From Eledone cirrhosa (lineage: Eukaryota): 64,000 bases of DNA. The DNA lies in the NCBI GenBank assembly GCA_964016885.1, contig OZ024749.1, positions 52,762,001 through 52,826,000 on the forward strand. The letters run 5' to 3'. Made by a program: the position numbers and the translations under genes. Shown here piece by piece: positions 12,104 to 25,070 of the stretch (within the stretch, counting starts at the first letter, position 1; each line of letters begins with the position of its first letter). The notes under the pieces are model-generated. The model was not told the origin of the DNA. It searched no databases and was given only the letters and a program-made list of their open reading frames with translations.

Positions 12104-13611
12104 GAAGAGTTAAAGTGAAGTATTACCATTATTCTAAAAAGTCAGCTACCGCCAGTCATGAGAAAGGAAAGATTTGACCTTTCGGACAAAAGTTGACATT
12201 TTATTCTTTTGACTGTTGCCATTCTCAATTACAGCAACCACACTAACTGCTAGAAACAACAACCAACTTACTCTTAACTTCTATCCTACTGTATTAAAGA
12301 AGCTAGTATCTAAGGCTGTACTGGATAACATAGTATTAGATATGAAATGCCAGAATAAAATATGAGATGGTCATGGGTAGAATGCTTTTGATTGGAGATT
12401 TAGTGAATCAGGGTTGACCTGAGACTAACCAACAACTGGTTAAACACTTTTGATCATAGGTTTAGTGAATCAGGGTTGAGCTGACACTAGCCAACAACTA
12501 GCTATACACTATATGATAGGTTCAGTGAATCAGTGTTGACCTTAGTGAATCAGAGCTGACCTTTGTGAATCAGAGTTGACCTGACACTAACCAACAACAG
12601 ACTAAACACTATTTACTATTTATAAATATTAGTGGCAGCACACAACTAGAATTACTGACAAATTATGGAAGTGCGTTTCTGTAGGTTGTATTGCGCTGGT
12701 GTCAGAAAATGACTAAAGTGATCAACTGGTTAGGGTAAACCATTTTACCTGATTCCCTCACAGGTGATTAATTCTGCTAAATGAGTTTTCATTTGAGAAA
12801 TTAGGTGACTATGTTGTGTAAACACCTGTTGACAGGTGATCAACAGATAATCATGTTAAGTGACATTATATCTTAAATAAAATATTGTTTCTGTTTCTAC
12901 AACAGGCTTTCATCAGAAGAATAAACCTTACCTGGTAGGTGATAACAAGGCTACCTTGATTGGGAGAATAAATTACTGTCATATAGAAAAACAAACAAGG
13001 TTACTTTGGAAATGATTGACTCCTTGAGTATCAGTAGAGGCTCGGACGCCATGCTTAGCAGCATAGAGTTATGGCCCTTTAGGGTCTGAGTTCAAACCCC
13101 ACCGAGGTTAACTTTGCCTTTCACCCTTACAGGGTCGATAAAATAAAATACCAGTAATGCACTGGGGTAATTGCTGGCCTTGTGCCAAAAAGTAGAAACA
13201 ATTATTTGTATTGAAACAATCGGCAGAGAGTCAGATACTCGGCTTTGGTGAGGAGGATGTGGAGGATGGTGATGTTGATGATGATGATGATGATGCTAGT
13301 CTATTATGTTATCTCTAAGGATTATTCAACACATCCAATGAGATAATCCTGTGCCACAACTCTGTTTAATCTCATCTGACATTAGATGACAACATAACAA
13401 CTTACTGTTGTTATTGATGATGATGATGATGGTGGTGGTGGTGGCAGTGGTGGTGGGGTGATGGTGGTGGTGGTGGTGGTGGTGGTGGTGGTGGTGGTGG
13501 TGGTGGTGGTGGTGGTGGTACAGCTGCTACAGGTGATGGTGGTGCTGCTGTTGGTGTATATATGTGTGTGTGTGTGTGTCAGTACGTGTGTGTATGATGT
13601 CTGTGTATATA

Positions 13612-13767
<156 letters not shown>

Positions 13768-13771
13768 AATA

Positions 13772-13871
<100 letters not shown>

Positions 13872-13971
13872 AAGTGGATGGATACCTCAACAGGTACAAT
13901 GTACTTGTAGAAATATTCAAGTTGTTTATAATACATGTGGTTCAATGGCACTAATTCGAGATACCAGAACA

Positions 13972-14358
13972 ATATAAAAGTAGCGAAACAAACGGTTATT
14001 AAACAATTTTCTAAATAAATTAAAAAATGATTAAATAATCACCTGTTCAGATGCTGTTACCGACGGTTTCATCATTCCGAAAGATTGGAAATCCAACGAA
14101 TTTCCAATGGAAAGAAATGAATCTTCAGACAGCCCTATTTCCACGCTATAAGGTATAGCAAGTAAATATTATGCTCCCTGCCCAACGCATGCGGTCAAGC
14201 CGTTAAAGTGACACACACGCAATTGGAAATTCGTTGGATTTCCAATCTTTCGGAATGATGAAACCGTCGGTAACAGCATCTGAACAGGTGATTATTTAAT
14301 CATTTTTTAATTTATTTAGAAAATTGTTTAATAACCGTTTGTTTCGCTACTTTTATAT
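13972..14358. repeat. 137-bp inverted repeat with 113-bp spacer
   Basis: 13972-14108 vs 14222-14358, no mismatch noticed. Confidence 0.9.
14053..14133 (-). ncRNA. Type-I hammerhead ribozyme motif in a foldback element
   Basis: Minus strand GCTGT-CTGAAGA-[long stem II]-GAA-ACCgtcGGT-A/ACAGC. Confidence 0.75.
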
Positions 14359-15909
14359 ATATATATATATATAGATAGATATATAAATATATATAGGTGT
14401 ATGTGTATGGATTAGATGTGTAACATACATATTACATATTATTTTACTTTACTGGGTGGGAGGCAATGCTGAACACAATAAAAATAAACCGTGTAATATA
14501 TTCAATATAAACCCCCTCCCACACCCAGTCACTCCCTCAGACACATACACACCTCCGAAGATTTATCCTGAGGTGTGTCACATTTCACTTAACCCTTTAA
14601 CATTGACAACAGGACAACCCGTCTAACCCATGCTAGCGTGGAAGAATGGACGTGAAACGGTGATGATGATGATGATTACTCTATATATACTATTATATTT
14701 CCATCATAAAGGCTTTACTTCACCTAATTATTTCACATAATATCAAATCTATGACATTTTTTATATTATTTATTTTGAGAACAATACGTTAACATAAGTA
14801 TGAGCAGCCGGTTACAGCCAGTTTGAAGAGAAAGAGATGAGAGGAATCTGGCTGGATATGGCCGGTTTAAATGCTAAAGGGTTAAATATGTACCAGGTGT
14901 TGACATGGATTCTGTAACTGGAGGCCCTTTCTAATGTGAACCACTTTACAGAGTTGTAGGGGGCACTGTAGTAGCATATAGTGTACCTTGGGCAATTTAA
15001 ATCTGGGGGTAGGCCACCCCTCTCCAGGTTGATGGGTATGTAGGGGCCACTTAGTAAAACATATGGTGTTTCTTGGGCATATTAAAAACCTGGAGGAGGC
15101 CAGTCCCTCTTCAGATCTGAAAACAGCTGATTTCTTCTCTTTTGTTATATACACAAACATAAACACACACACATATATGCATGCACACACACACACACAT
15201 ACACACATGCAATCACACACAGATACAAACACACACATACACATATATATATATATATATATACATCCAGACATAAGGACACACACATAGATACATCCAG
15301 ACACAAGGACACACACACACACACACATATATATATATGTAAGAACACACAAACACACACACATACATATACACATATGATGGTTTTCCACACAGATTCT
15401 GTCTACTAAATTTCCCCCATAAATCATTGATCAATACAAAACTACAGCAGCAGACACTTGTTTAAGGTGCCCCACGGTGGGACTCTGAAACCATGTGGAT
15501 GTGAAGCCAACACAGCATCCACTCAACCATGCCTACAACTAAAATATTCCAAACATTCAATATTTTGGTTTTTATCAAAGAAATTATTCCTTTACATTTT
15601 ATATTTATTTTACAATAAATGTTTAGACTTAACTTGTAAAGAAATACTCTCTGTTTGAATTAATTACCAAATAATTTCAAGGATTTACTTTGATTATTAA
15701 TTATTTCACTGCAAAGATAGTTACTTAATATATAGTTCTTATATAGGTATCCACCTGTTTATGCTGGGGCCGATAACATTGTTAAAACTCAATGTGGCCT
15801 TGAAGAGATGGTTTCAGCGATTCAGTGAGATTAGGTAGCGAGTTGTGTAGTTTTTTGTGGTAGCTGCTCATCGCATAGGGTTTCCTTGAAGAATCTTCCC
15901 AAGTTACAG

Positions 15910-15951
<42 letters not shown>

Positions 15952-16045
15952 AAGTATGTCTAGCTCTACACCTTGACTCAGAAGTGAACCTAAACATCGA
16001 GTGCTCACCTGAGTGAACCTACAGTAACTCCAAGTTACACTCCTT

Positions 16046-16099
<54 letters not shown>

Positions 16100-16679
16100 C
16101 ATCATCATCATCATCATTTCCATTTATCGTCAATTCTTCTATGCTTGTAAGGGTTAGACAGGTTGTCCATGCTACCCAGGGTTGACCATGCCACACCTTG
16201 CTCCGGTGAGGATTGTAAATTTGGCCAGGTATTTTACAGCTGGATGCCCTTCCTAACACCAACCACATTTACAGTGTGGGACTGGATGGCTCTGTCATGA
16301 GAAGGGACAGGCCAGCTAGCTGTGCTGAACCCATCTCACAACAGAATCACAGTTTTGGAGTCTGGCCCATCTCACAGCAGAACCATAGTTTATATATATA
16401 TATATATTACTCACTGCCACCAAGAATTCTCACTGCTATCGAAAAACCACTCCTTCAACTATTCTTCTAACAACTTCACCCCTCCCTCCTAATATTCTCT
16501 ATAAAAACTAAATAGGTCCTCAGTAATATTATTCTGATAAAATGACAGTAAATAATAACATTGAAATATTGAATGTCTGCATAACTAAAAGTTTGTAGAT
16601 AGCTGTTTTAGGTTATGTAACTGTTATAGAAACACGTGTCAATAAATTCCTTTCAACTAAACTGTATCCATTCAAATCT

Positions 16680-16721
<42 letters not shown>

Positions 16722-16723
<2 letters not shown>

Positions 16724-19700
16724 TCATCATCATCATCACCGTTTTACGTCCGTTCTTCCACGCTAGCATGGGTTAGACGGGTTGTCCTGTTGTGGGCAGT
16801 GTCTGGTCGGCTGACCATGCCTTGCTCATACAGGAACTGATCTGGCTTGATTTCTACAGCTGGATGCCCTTCCTAACACCAACCTCATTTACAGTGAGTG
16901 CTGGGTGCTTTTTCGTGGCGCCTACACGTCCACTTTACAGTGTGGGCTGGGTGCTTTTTTGCCGTGGCACCTCCACGACCACCTTGCGGTGGGGGGGGGG
17001 GGCATATTGTTTATATGCTTCAGCATGTACCCATGGGAGGTCGGGTACCCTGTATTACTGCGTGACGCCAGAAGTCACGGTCGTGTGTCATTGACTTTGA
17101 GAGGTGTAGTTGGGTAAGGTCGGCTTTTATCACCTCATCCCAAGTCATCTTGGGTCTCCCCACTCCGCGGTTTCCATCAACTTCTAGTGCTCTGCACCTT
17201 TTTATGCAGCTGTCATCCTTCATACGCATCACATGTCCATACCAGCGTAACCGCCTCTCCTGCACGCAGCATTTGATTCCTCTTATGCTCAGTCTCTCTC
17301 TCAATTCATTTATGCTTTGTCGTTCACGTATATTACTGTTACACATCCATCGGAGCATGCAGGCTTCGTTTCTCTCTAATCTACGTAAGTCTTCCACCTT
17401 CAGCGCCCAGGTCTCACTACCATGCAACATCGCTGTTCGGATACACGCATCATACAGTCTGCCTTTCATTCTGAGGGAGAAGCCTTTTGCAGCTAGCAGT
17501 GGTAGTAGTTCCCTAAACTTCTTCCATCCCGTTCTTACCCTAGTTATTGTACTTTCTGAGCACCCACCTCCGTTGCTAATTCGGTCACCTAGGTAGCAGA
17601 AGCTGTCTACTGTTTCTACAGGGCCCTCCCAGAGATTGGTGGTACTTGTTTCCTGTGGCTGTTTGCTTGCTGTTTCAGCACAGCTGCTGCATGTGAATCC
17701 TACATTCTTAATTAAGCTTCCTGAGATCCCGCTACATCTCTTGTGTACCCATTGTTTGCATTTGGGGCAGAGAATGGAGTTCCTACCTACACCTTTCCTA
17801 CATACTGAGCAAGGCCATTTCCCTGAGGGGATCTGGGTTCTGTTTTCTCGTCTACTTATAAGGACCTTAGTCTTTGTCATGTTGACTTTGAGGCCCTTTC
17901 TCTCTAGTCCCTGCTTCCAGGTTTGGAATTTATTCTCTAGTTCTACCATAGATTCAGCTATGAGTGCGAGGTCATCAGCATACAGGAGTTCCCATGGGCA
18001 TCCGGTCTTAAACTCCTCCGTTATTGCCTGCAGGACTATGATGAACAGGAGAGGGCTAAGAACAGAGCCCTGGTGGACCCCAACCTGTACGCTAAATTCC
18101 TCGCTATACTCATTGCCAATCCTAACTTTGCTGACTGCTCCCCTATACATGGCTTGTACCGCTTTCACAAGCCATTCATCTACTCCTAGTTTTCTAAGAG
18201 CCCACCAGATTACTGCACGTGGAACTCTGTCAAAGGCTTTCTCAAGGTCGACAAATGCCAAGTAGAGTGGCTTACTTTTAGCTAGGTACTTTTCCTGTAA
18301 TTGCCTCACAAGGAAGAGCGCATCAGTGGTGCCTTTCCCTGGAACAAACCCAAATTGCATCTCGTCTATATTCACCCGGTCCCTAATCAGCTGTGCTATA
18401 ACTCTTTCTGTTACTTTCATGACCTGGTCCATCAACTTTATACCTCTATAGTTTCCTCTATCTAGTGCATCGCCTTTACCTTTGTAGCAGTTGACAATGA
18501 TGCTACTGCACCAATCTTTTGGTATGGCCCCCTCTAGTATTACCTGGTTAACGATACGTGTGGTTATAGTGTGACCTACAGACCCAGATGCCTTCAGCAT
18601 CTCGGCAGCTATACCCGATGGACCGGTTGCCTTCCCTATCTTCATATCTCTGATTGCCTTACTTACTACGCTGCCGCTGACTTGTACTGCTGGTCCCTCT
18701 ATAGGGTCTACGTGGGGTAGGGTCTCTTCTTCCCATGCATTCTCCTCATTTAGTAATCTATCATAATGACTCTTCCATGCATCTTTCTTCTCAGCACTTG
18801 TGAGGGCAAGCTCACCTTTATCATTCCGGATACACTTCTCTCCAATGACATCACAACTATCTCTGACACACTGCCTCGCAATCTTGAATACCTCCTGTTT
18901 CTGGTCCTCACGTTGTAAAACATGCTTGAATTTTCTATCCTCTGCTTCCCTCCTAGCTAAGTATACTTGTCGCCTAGCTTCCCTCTTGGTCTCTATGTAA
19001 TGTACCCTGCTCCCCCCGTTCTTCCATTCTTTCCATGCCTGTCTCTTGGCCTTGACTGCTTCATCTACCTTATTGTTCCACCACCAAGTCACTCTCCTCC
19101 TGCTTGAGGTCTTACTCCAGCCACAAACCTCATCCGTCGCCTCTAGTAAGTTATTTTTTAGGAACTCCCAGTTCTCTTCTACGTTAAATGTCTCTATCTG
19201 TTCTTCTTTACTGTCGTAGGCGTTGAGTAAAATATCTTTAAATCTGTTACTGGTTGAGGGGACTTTCAGCTTCCAGATCTTTCTTCTCCAGGTTGGCCTC
19301 TGTTTCAGGGCTCGTCTAGTTCTGACCGTGAGGTCGCTGACAACTAAGCTATGTTGGGATGTACATTCCTCACTAGGGAAGGCTTTTGTGTTTACGACCG
19401 TCCATCTGTCACGTCCTCTGATGAGGATAAAATCTAACTGACTAGAGTGCTCCCCTGATCTATAGGTGATCAGGTGGTTGTCGGGTTTTTTAAAGTTTGT
19501 GTTACATATCGACATGTCATTGGCGTCGCAGAATTCTAGAAGTCTGAATCCTTCCTCATTCCTTGTGCCAACTCCATGGCCTCCATGTACTCTATTGAAG
19601 CCGTCGCAGTGTTTACCTACGTGTCCGTTAAAATCTCCTGCAATGATTAGGAAGTCCTTGTCGTCTGTTAGAGCAGTAGTGTGTATTAGGGACTCGTAAA

Positions 19701-20119
19701 ACCTATCCTTAAGTTCGTCTGGCAGCCCCGATTGGGGTGCGTAAGCTGATATTATTGTGGTAATTGTCTTATTCAGGACTAGTCTGAGTTTAATGATTCT
19801 TGCATTTACCCTGTACACTGAGATTACTTTATCTACCCACTTGTCAGCTAATAGTATACCTACACCACCCATCCCATCGTCATTTCCCACCCAGAAAAAT
19901 TTGTAGCACTGGCCTTTTCCTACAAGGACTCTAGCAGACCCTCCTCTCCATCTAGTCTCTTGCACACAGCATACATCAACTTCCTTTCGCTCTAGCATTT
20001 CTACGATTTCTCCTGCTCTTCCTTTCATTGAGCCTACATTGATGGTACCAACTCGGAGTTTTGGGCATTTGTCGACACTCGTAGGGGAGGGTCTCTGGGT
20101 TGGCGCTTCACGTGGGTGA
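16722..20119 (-). mobile_element. RTE-clade LINE, near full-length, young; (GAT)n 3' tail; inserted in (TA)n
   Basis: Intact APE-RT ORF, ~280-bp 3'UTR ending ..GGACGTAAAACGGTGATGATGATG; (TA)n-rich flanks on both sides. Confidence 0.95.
17020..20028 (-). CDS. RTE LINE ORF: AP endonuclease + reverse transcriptase + PHD-like C4HC3 finger (1002 aa)
   Basis: APE motifs VQETRW, AYAPQ, GDFNGHVG, LDFIL; RT motifs QFGF, FVDLEKAFDRV, GVHQGSVLSPLLF, YADD; RTE C-terminal RLRWYGHVMRM, GRPKMTW. The frame continues upstream (PKLRVGTINVGSMK), so the true start may be lost to 5' truncation. Confidence 0.95.
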   Translation of the reverse strand: MKGRAGEIVEMLERKEVDVCCVQETRWRGGSARVLVGKGQCYKFFWVGNDDGMGGVGILLADKWVDKVISVYRVNARIIKLRLVLNKTITTIISAYAPQSGLPDELKDRFYESLIHTTALTDDKDFLIIAGDFNGHVGKHCDGFNRVHGGHGVGTRNEEGFRLLEFCDANDMSICNTNFKKPDNHLITYRSGEHSSQLDFILIRGRDRWTVVNTKAFPSEECTSQHSLVVSDLTVRTRRALKQRPTWRRKIWKLKVPSTSNRFKDILLNAYDSKEEQIETFNVEENWEFLKNNLLEATDEVCGWSKTSSRRRVTWWWNNKVDEAVKAKRQAWKEWKNGGSRVHYIETKREARRQVYLARREAEDRKFKHVLQREDQKQEVFKIARQCVRDSCDVIGEKCIRNDKGELALTSAEKKDAWKSHYDRLLNEENAWEEETLPHVDPIEGPAVQVSGSVVSKAIRDMKIGKATGPSGIAAEMLKASGSVGHTITTRIVNQVILEGAIPKDWCSSIIVNCYKGKGDALDRGNYRGIKLMDQVMKVTERVIAQLIRDRVNIDEMQFGFVPGKGTTDALFLVRQLQEKYLAKSKPLYLAFVDLEKAFDRVPRAVIWWALRKLGVDEWLVKAVQAMYRGAVSKVRIGNEYSEEFSVQVGVHQGSVLSPLLFIIVLQAITEEFKTGCPWELLYADDLALIAESMVELENKFQTWKQGLERKGLKVNMTKTKVLISRRENRTQIPSGKWPCSVCRKGVGRNSILCPKCKQWVHKRCSGISGSLIKNVGFTCSSCAETASKQPQETSTTNLWEGPVETVDSFCYLGDRISNGGGCSESTITRVRTGWKKFRELLPLLAAKGFSLRMKGRLYDACIRTAMLHGSETWALKVEDLRRLERNEACMLRWMCNSNIRERQSINELRERLSIRGIKCCVQERRLRWYGHVMRMKDDSCIKRCRALEVDGNRGVGRPKMTWDEVIKADLTQLHLSKSMTHDRDFWRHAVIQGTRPPMGTC

Positions 20120-20459
20120 TATATATATATATTAATATATATATATATTAATATATATATATATTAATATGTGTAGAAGTAAATACAGTAAACTCGTGTC
20201 TAAAATTACGAGGGTAGATTACACCACAAATGTTATATATCATTCAACCTGAATCATATGGGATTTTACAAGATTTCTCAGACATACCATATATCAATAA
20301 CCATTTCATCTCCCGGACAGACTAAAGATTTAATCTGTTTCGCCCTGAATGAATCGTGTTTGTAACAAGTAATCTGTAGACACACACATGCATATATATA
20401 TGTGTGTGTGTGTGTATGTGTATGTATATGTGTGTATGTGTATGTATATGTGTGTGTAT

Positions 20460-22307
20460 ATAAAGGGTCAAGACCCCGTTTGGTCACAAATGACCATGGT
20501 ATTTTCACCTAGAAAGTTTCCCTCCGAGGCCCAAGTCCGGACAAAGTTGTTTGTGGGAGACCAACAGTCACTCATGTTTACCAGCCTCCCCTCTCCATAC
20601 CTCCGATGTTGCCCAAGGGAAAGGCAATGGTCGATACAGCTTGGCACCCATGATGTAACATCTTATATACACACACCATATACACATTATATATTCACTA
20701 TATACTCTATATATACACACTATACTCTATATATACACTCTATACTCTATATATTCACTATATACTCTATATATATATACACTATATACTCTATATATAC
20801 ACTCTATACTCTATATATACACTCTATACTCTATATATACACTCTATACTCTAAATATACACTCTATACTCTAAATATACACTCTATACTCTATATATAT
20901 ATACACTCTATACTCTATATATACACTCTATACTCTATATATACACTCTATACTCTATATATACACTCTATACTCTATATATACACTATATACTCTATAT
21001 ATACACTCTATACTCTATATATACACTCTATACTCTATATATACACTCTATACTCTCTACATATACACTCTATACTCTATATATACACTCTATACTCTAT
21101 ATATACACTATATACTCTTATATACACACTCTATACTCTATATTTACACTCTATACTCTATATAAACACTCTATACTCTCTATATATACACTCTATACTC
21201 TATATATACACTCTATACTCTATATATACACTATATACTCTATATATACACTATATACTCTATATATATACATTCTATATTCTCTATATATACACTCTAT
21301 ACTCTATATATACACTCTATGCTCTATATATATATACACTATATACTCTATATATACACTATATACTCTATATATATACATTCTATATTCTCTATATATA
21401 CACTCTATACTCTATATATACACTCTATACTCTATATATATATACACTATATACTCTATATATATACACTCTATACTCTCTATATATACACTATATACTT
21501 TATATATACACTCTATACTCTCTATATATACACTCTATACTATATATATATATACACTATATACTCTCTATATATACACTATATACTCTCTATATACACA
21601 CTATATACTCTATATACACACTATATACTCTCTATATATACACTATATACTCTATATATACACTATATACTCTATATATACACTATATACTCTATATATA
21701 CACTATATACTCTATATACACACTATATACTCTCTATATATATACACTCTATACTCTATATACACACTATATACTCTATATATATACACTATATACTCTC
21801 TATATATACACTATATACTCTATATACACACTATATACTCTCTATATATACACTATATACTCTATATATACACTATATACTCTATATATACACTATATAC
21901 TCTATATATACACTATATACTCTATATACACACTATATACTCTCTATATATACACTATATACTCTATATACACACTATATACTCTCTATATATACACTAT
22001 ATACTCTATATATACACTATATACTCTATATATACACTATATACTCTATATATACACTATATACTCTATATACACACTATATACTCTCTATATATACTCT
22101 ATATATGATGTAGTCCAAGGGAAAGGCAATGGCTGATACAGCTTGGCACCAGCGACATCGTAACACATTTCTACAGCTGAGTGAACTGGAGCAACGTGAA
22201 ATAAAGTGTCTTGCTCAAGGACACAACACCTCACCTGGTCTGAGAATCGAACTCACAACCTCATAATTGTAAGCCCGACACTTTAACCACTAAGTCTTGC
22301 ACGTTCC
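20460..22307 (-). mobile_element. tRNA/CORE-type SINE split by a 1.4-kb minisatellite
   Basis: Head at ~22165-22307, tail at 20460-20660; the CCAAGGGAAAGGCAATGG..CAGCTTGGCACC segment is duplicated on both sides of the array. Confidence 0.7.
20665..22105. repeat. ~18-bp TA-rich minisatellite (TATATACACTATATACTC)
   Basis: Direct reading; source of the 582-aa pseudo-ORF. Confidence 0.95.
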
Positions 22308-22968
22308 CATGTATATATTCTGATTTGATTTAATCAATTGTAGTGATATGAGGTCAATTAATTGTGAGGTTGTTTTTATTTAATTAATTATTTCTTTATT
22401 TATTTAATTATTTATTTATGTATTTATTTATTTATTTATGTATTTATTTAGCCCGCCAATATATTAAATGATGAATATTCTGACATTTATCCTTGTTAAA
22501 TGTATTGATTTCTAACATTGACACATACAATGCCAGTAATTGTGGAGGGGGAAGGTATGGTGGGGCAGGAGTAGCAGGTCAATTCCGAAGGAGGAAGGAA
22601 CAGTAGAGTGGGAGTAGCAGGTCGAGCCGTTAGATCAATTAAAGTATATTACTGGTTATATTTTATTGTGACCTAAAAAGATGAATGTTGACCTCAGAGG
22701 GATTTGAATTAGGTATATAAAAGGACATTATTAAACACCACAAGGCATTTCATTTATGTATGAATGTGTGTGAATATATGTGTATGTATGTATGTATATA
22801 TATATATATATATGTATGAGTGTATGTATGATATATATATATATGTATGTATATGTGAGTGTATCTATGAGTGTATATATGATATATGTATGTGTGTATG
22901 TGTCTATGTATGTTTGTATGTATGTGTATGTGTATGTGTTTGAATGTATGTGTGTATGTATGTGCATA

Positions 22969-23051
<83 letters not shown>

Positions 23052-23119
23052 ATATGTATATATACATATGTATGGCATATGTATGTGTGTATATATATAT
23101 GTATATATGTATATGCACA

Positions 23120-23179
<60 letters not shown>

Positions 23180-23399
23180 TATTTGCATGTATGTATATCT
23201 TTGGGTCATATGTACATGTATATATATATATGCAAATTTCCTTGAATGAGAATATAGACTTCTTTTTTATGACATAATAAATTGAGTTGATATATATATA
23301 TATATGCATACATACATACACACACACATATATATACGAAAAGTAAATGGAAAAAAACACAGCAGATGATGAAGAACAATGAATATCTATCCATCTATC

Positions 23400-24090
23400 T
23401 ATCTGCGCCCAGGCAGGGACCCTGCAAAAAAGATCTGTCCGAGATGCGTGCGTAACGAAGAAACCGTCGCACACGCATTCATACACTGCCCGGGCGTCAC
23501 TGACCTGTGGGGCTATGTAGAACGACTATTGTTGCGGGTGGGACCAATCCGGTTGACCACCGAGTCCATTGTCATGATCAAACTGCCACTCTCCTTCAAA
23601 AACGAAGGAGAGGCGGTTTTCCTTTGTGTGATAGCTATGGCGAAAGAGGATGTATGGTGGACGAGGTTGAAAGGGCTGAGGTCAGACACCTTTCTCTCCG
23701 GCCAACAACTGATTCTTTTTTTCAAATACCACTTTGGAAGAAGAATCAGAATGGAGAGAGAAGTGCTCTACCCCAGCAAGTTTTATGAAAGGTGGGTGAA
23801 AGTGGCGAGAATGGCCCGAGTGAATGGGCCTTCTCTCTATATCAGCCTGTAGGTTGAGGAAAAAGAGGAGGAGAGGAAAGGAGTACAAACTCTTCGTACT
23901 CCTGGAGATGAGGGCTGGACATTTTTTCGGGGGTATGTGTTACCCATATGAACTGTCTCCCCCTATTGGGGAAAATCGACTAATCTTTTAAATTGCATTT
24001 GTGATAGTATTTTACACGTTTTTATTGTATGTAAACTTCCCCCTTTGTATTTGTCCCCTTCTTTTGTGCCCCTGTGGCTAATAAAGAAAC
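23400..24090 (+). mobile_element. Tx1/L1-type LINE 3' fragment
   Basis: [18 protein letters not shown] (CCHC zf-RVT knuckle), stop at 23852, AT-rich 3'UTR ending CCCTGTGGCTAATAAAG. Confidence 0.8.
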
Positions 24091-24216
24091 ATATCTATCT
24101 ATCTATATATATGTCTACATATATATATATATATATATATTGTTATACTTGGGGAGGGTCATATTGTAATAATATTTCTAGAATTAATAACAGAACACAC
24201 TCACTGTTTGGTTGGT

Positions 24217-24242
<26 letters not shown>

Positions 24243-24249
<7 letters not shown>

Positions 24250-24571
24250 GTGAGGATTTTTTTACAAAATGAAAAATAACCGAGGTGTCCTACACGAGTG
24301 AAAGTATATAGAAAAAAAGATGAAATCGAAAATGCAACTGGAGTCTTATTTTAAAAAATATATATATATTTATTTGGTTCCTTTACCGGTTTCGCAGTTC
24401 TTCTGCTTTTCAAAAGTAGAGTTGAGATGGAGGGTCTGTGGTTTTTCACACATTTTTCCTCCATCTCAACTCTACTTTTGAAAAGCAGAAGAACTGCAAA
24501 ACCGGTAAAGGAACCAAATAAATATATATATTTTTTAAAATAAGACTCCAGTTGCATTTTCGATTTCATCT

Positions 24572-24585
<14 letters not shown>
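24243..24585. mobile_element. Foldback element (~128-bp arms) close to the AIF1 donor site; deletion derivative at 63801-63985
   Basis: Arms ~24305-24433 / 24458-24585; the leader TTAGAAAGTGAGG..CCGAGGTGTCCTACACGAG is shared with 63801. Confidence 0.75.
24380..24416 (-). ncRNA. Minimal hammerhead motif, U3-A8 variant
   Basis: Minus strand CTT-TTGAAAA-GCAGaagaaCTGC-GAA-ACCGGT-A/AAG. Mirror copy on + at 24475-24511 carries G12A. Confidence 0.65.
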
Positions 24586-24630
<45 letters not shown>

Positions 24631-24656
24631 GTGACAAAATCTTTTTCTTCACTCAC

Positions 24657-24684
24657 CTTGTGGATCACACTTCCAGCTCGGCAT
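24657..24684 (-). CDS. AIF1: Allograft inflammatory factor 1 (AIF1/Iba1-like), first coding exon (MPSWKCDPQ+G)
   Basis: Minus strand ATGCCGAGCTGGAAGTGTGATCCACAAG|gtgagt. The phase-1 donor joins exon 515-454 to give DPQGGKAYG, the AIF1 N-terminal signature. Confidence 0.85.
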
Positions 24685-24801
24685 TTCCAAAATCTTTAAG
24701 AATTTCCGGAAGACTCTATCCCTCGTTTCCAAAATCTGTCTGCTACTGTCTCCGATGTATTTAGAAATCACAAGACAACCAGTTGCTGCTTTATATAAAT
24801 A

Positions 24802-24849
<48 letters not shown>

Positions 24850-25031
24850 TCTTTTCTCTTTTTTTCTTTTTCCTTTTGTTGTTGTTGTTGTTGTTATTTA
24901 TTCTATTTTTTTGTTGTCTTTTTTTTATTTTATGCTTAAGATAAAATATTGGTTTTCTTTAATGCTTTCCGTTAAAGATGTTCTTTGTTATTATTGTTGT
25001 TGTTATGGTTGTTGTTATTAAAATAACATTA

Positions 25032-25070
<39 letters not shown>

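Noticed and set aside
17150-19699. Plus-strand ORFs overlapping the RTE (also 38601-41150)
   Set aside because: Antisense shadows of the LINE ORF.
20305-20350. GAAACAG..CTGTC half-hammerhead on the minus strand (similar at ~29975-29992)
   Set aside because: No CUGANGA box found; at most a truncated remnant.
20388-22136. 582-aa ORF
   Set aside because: Read-through of a stop-free TA-rich minisatellite.
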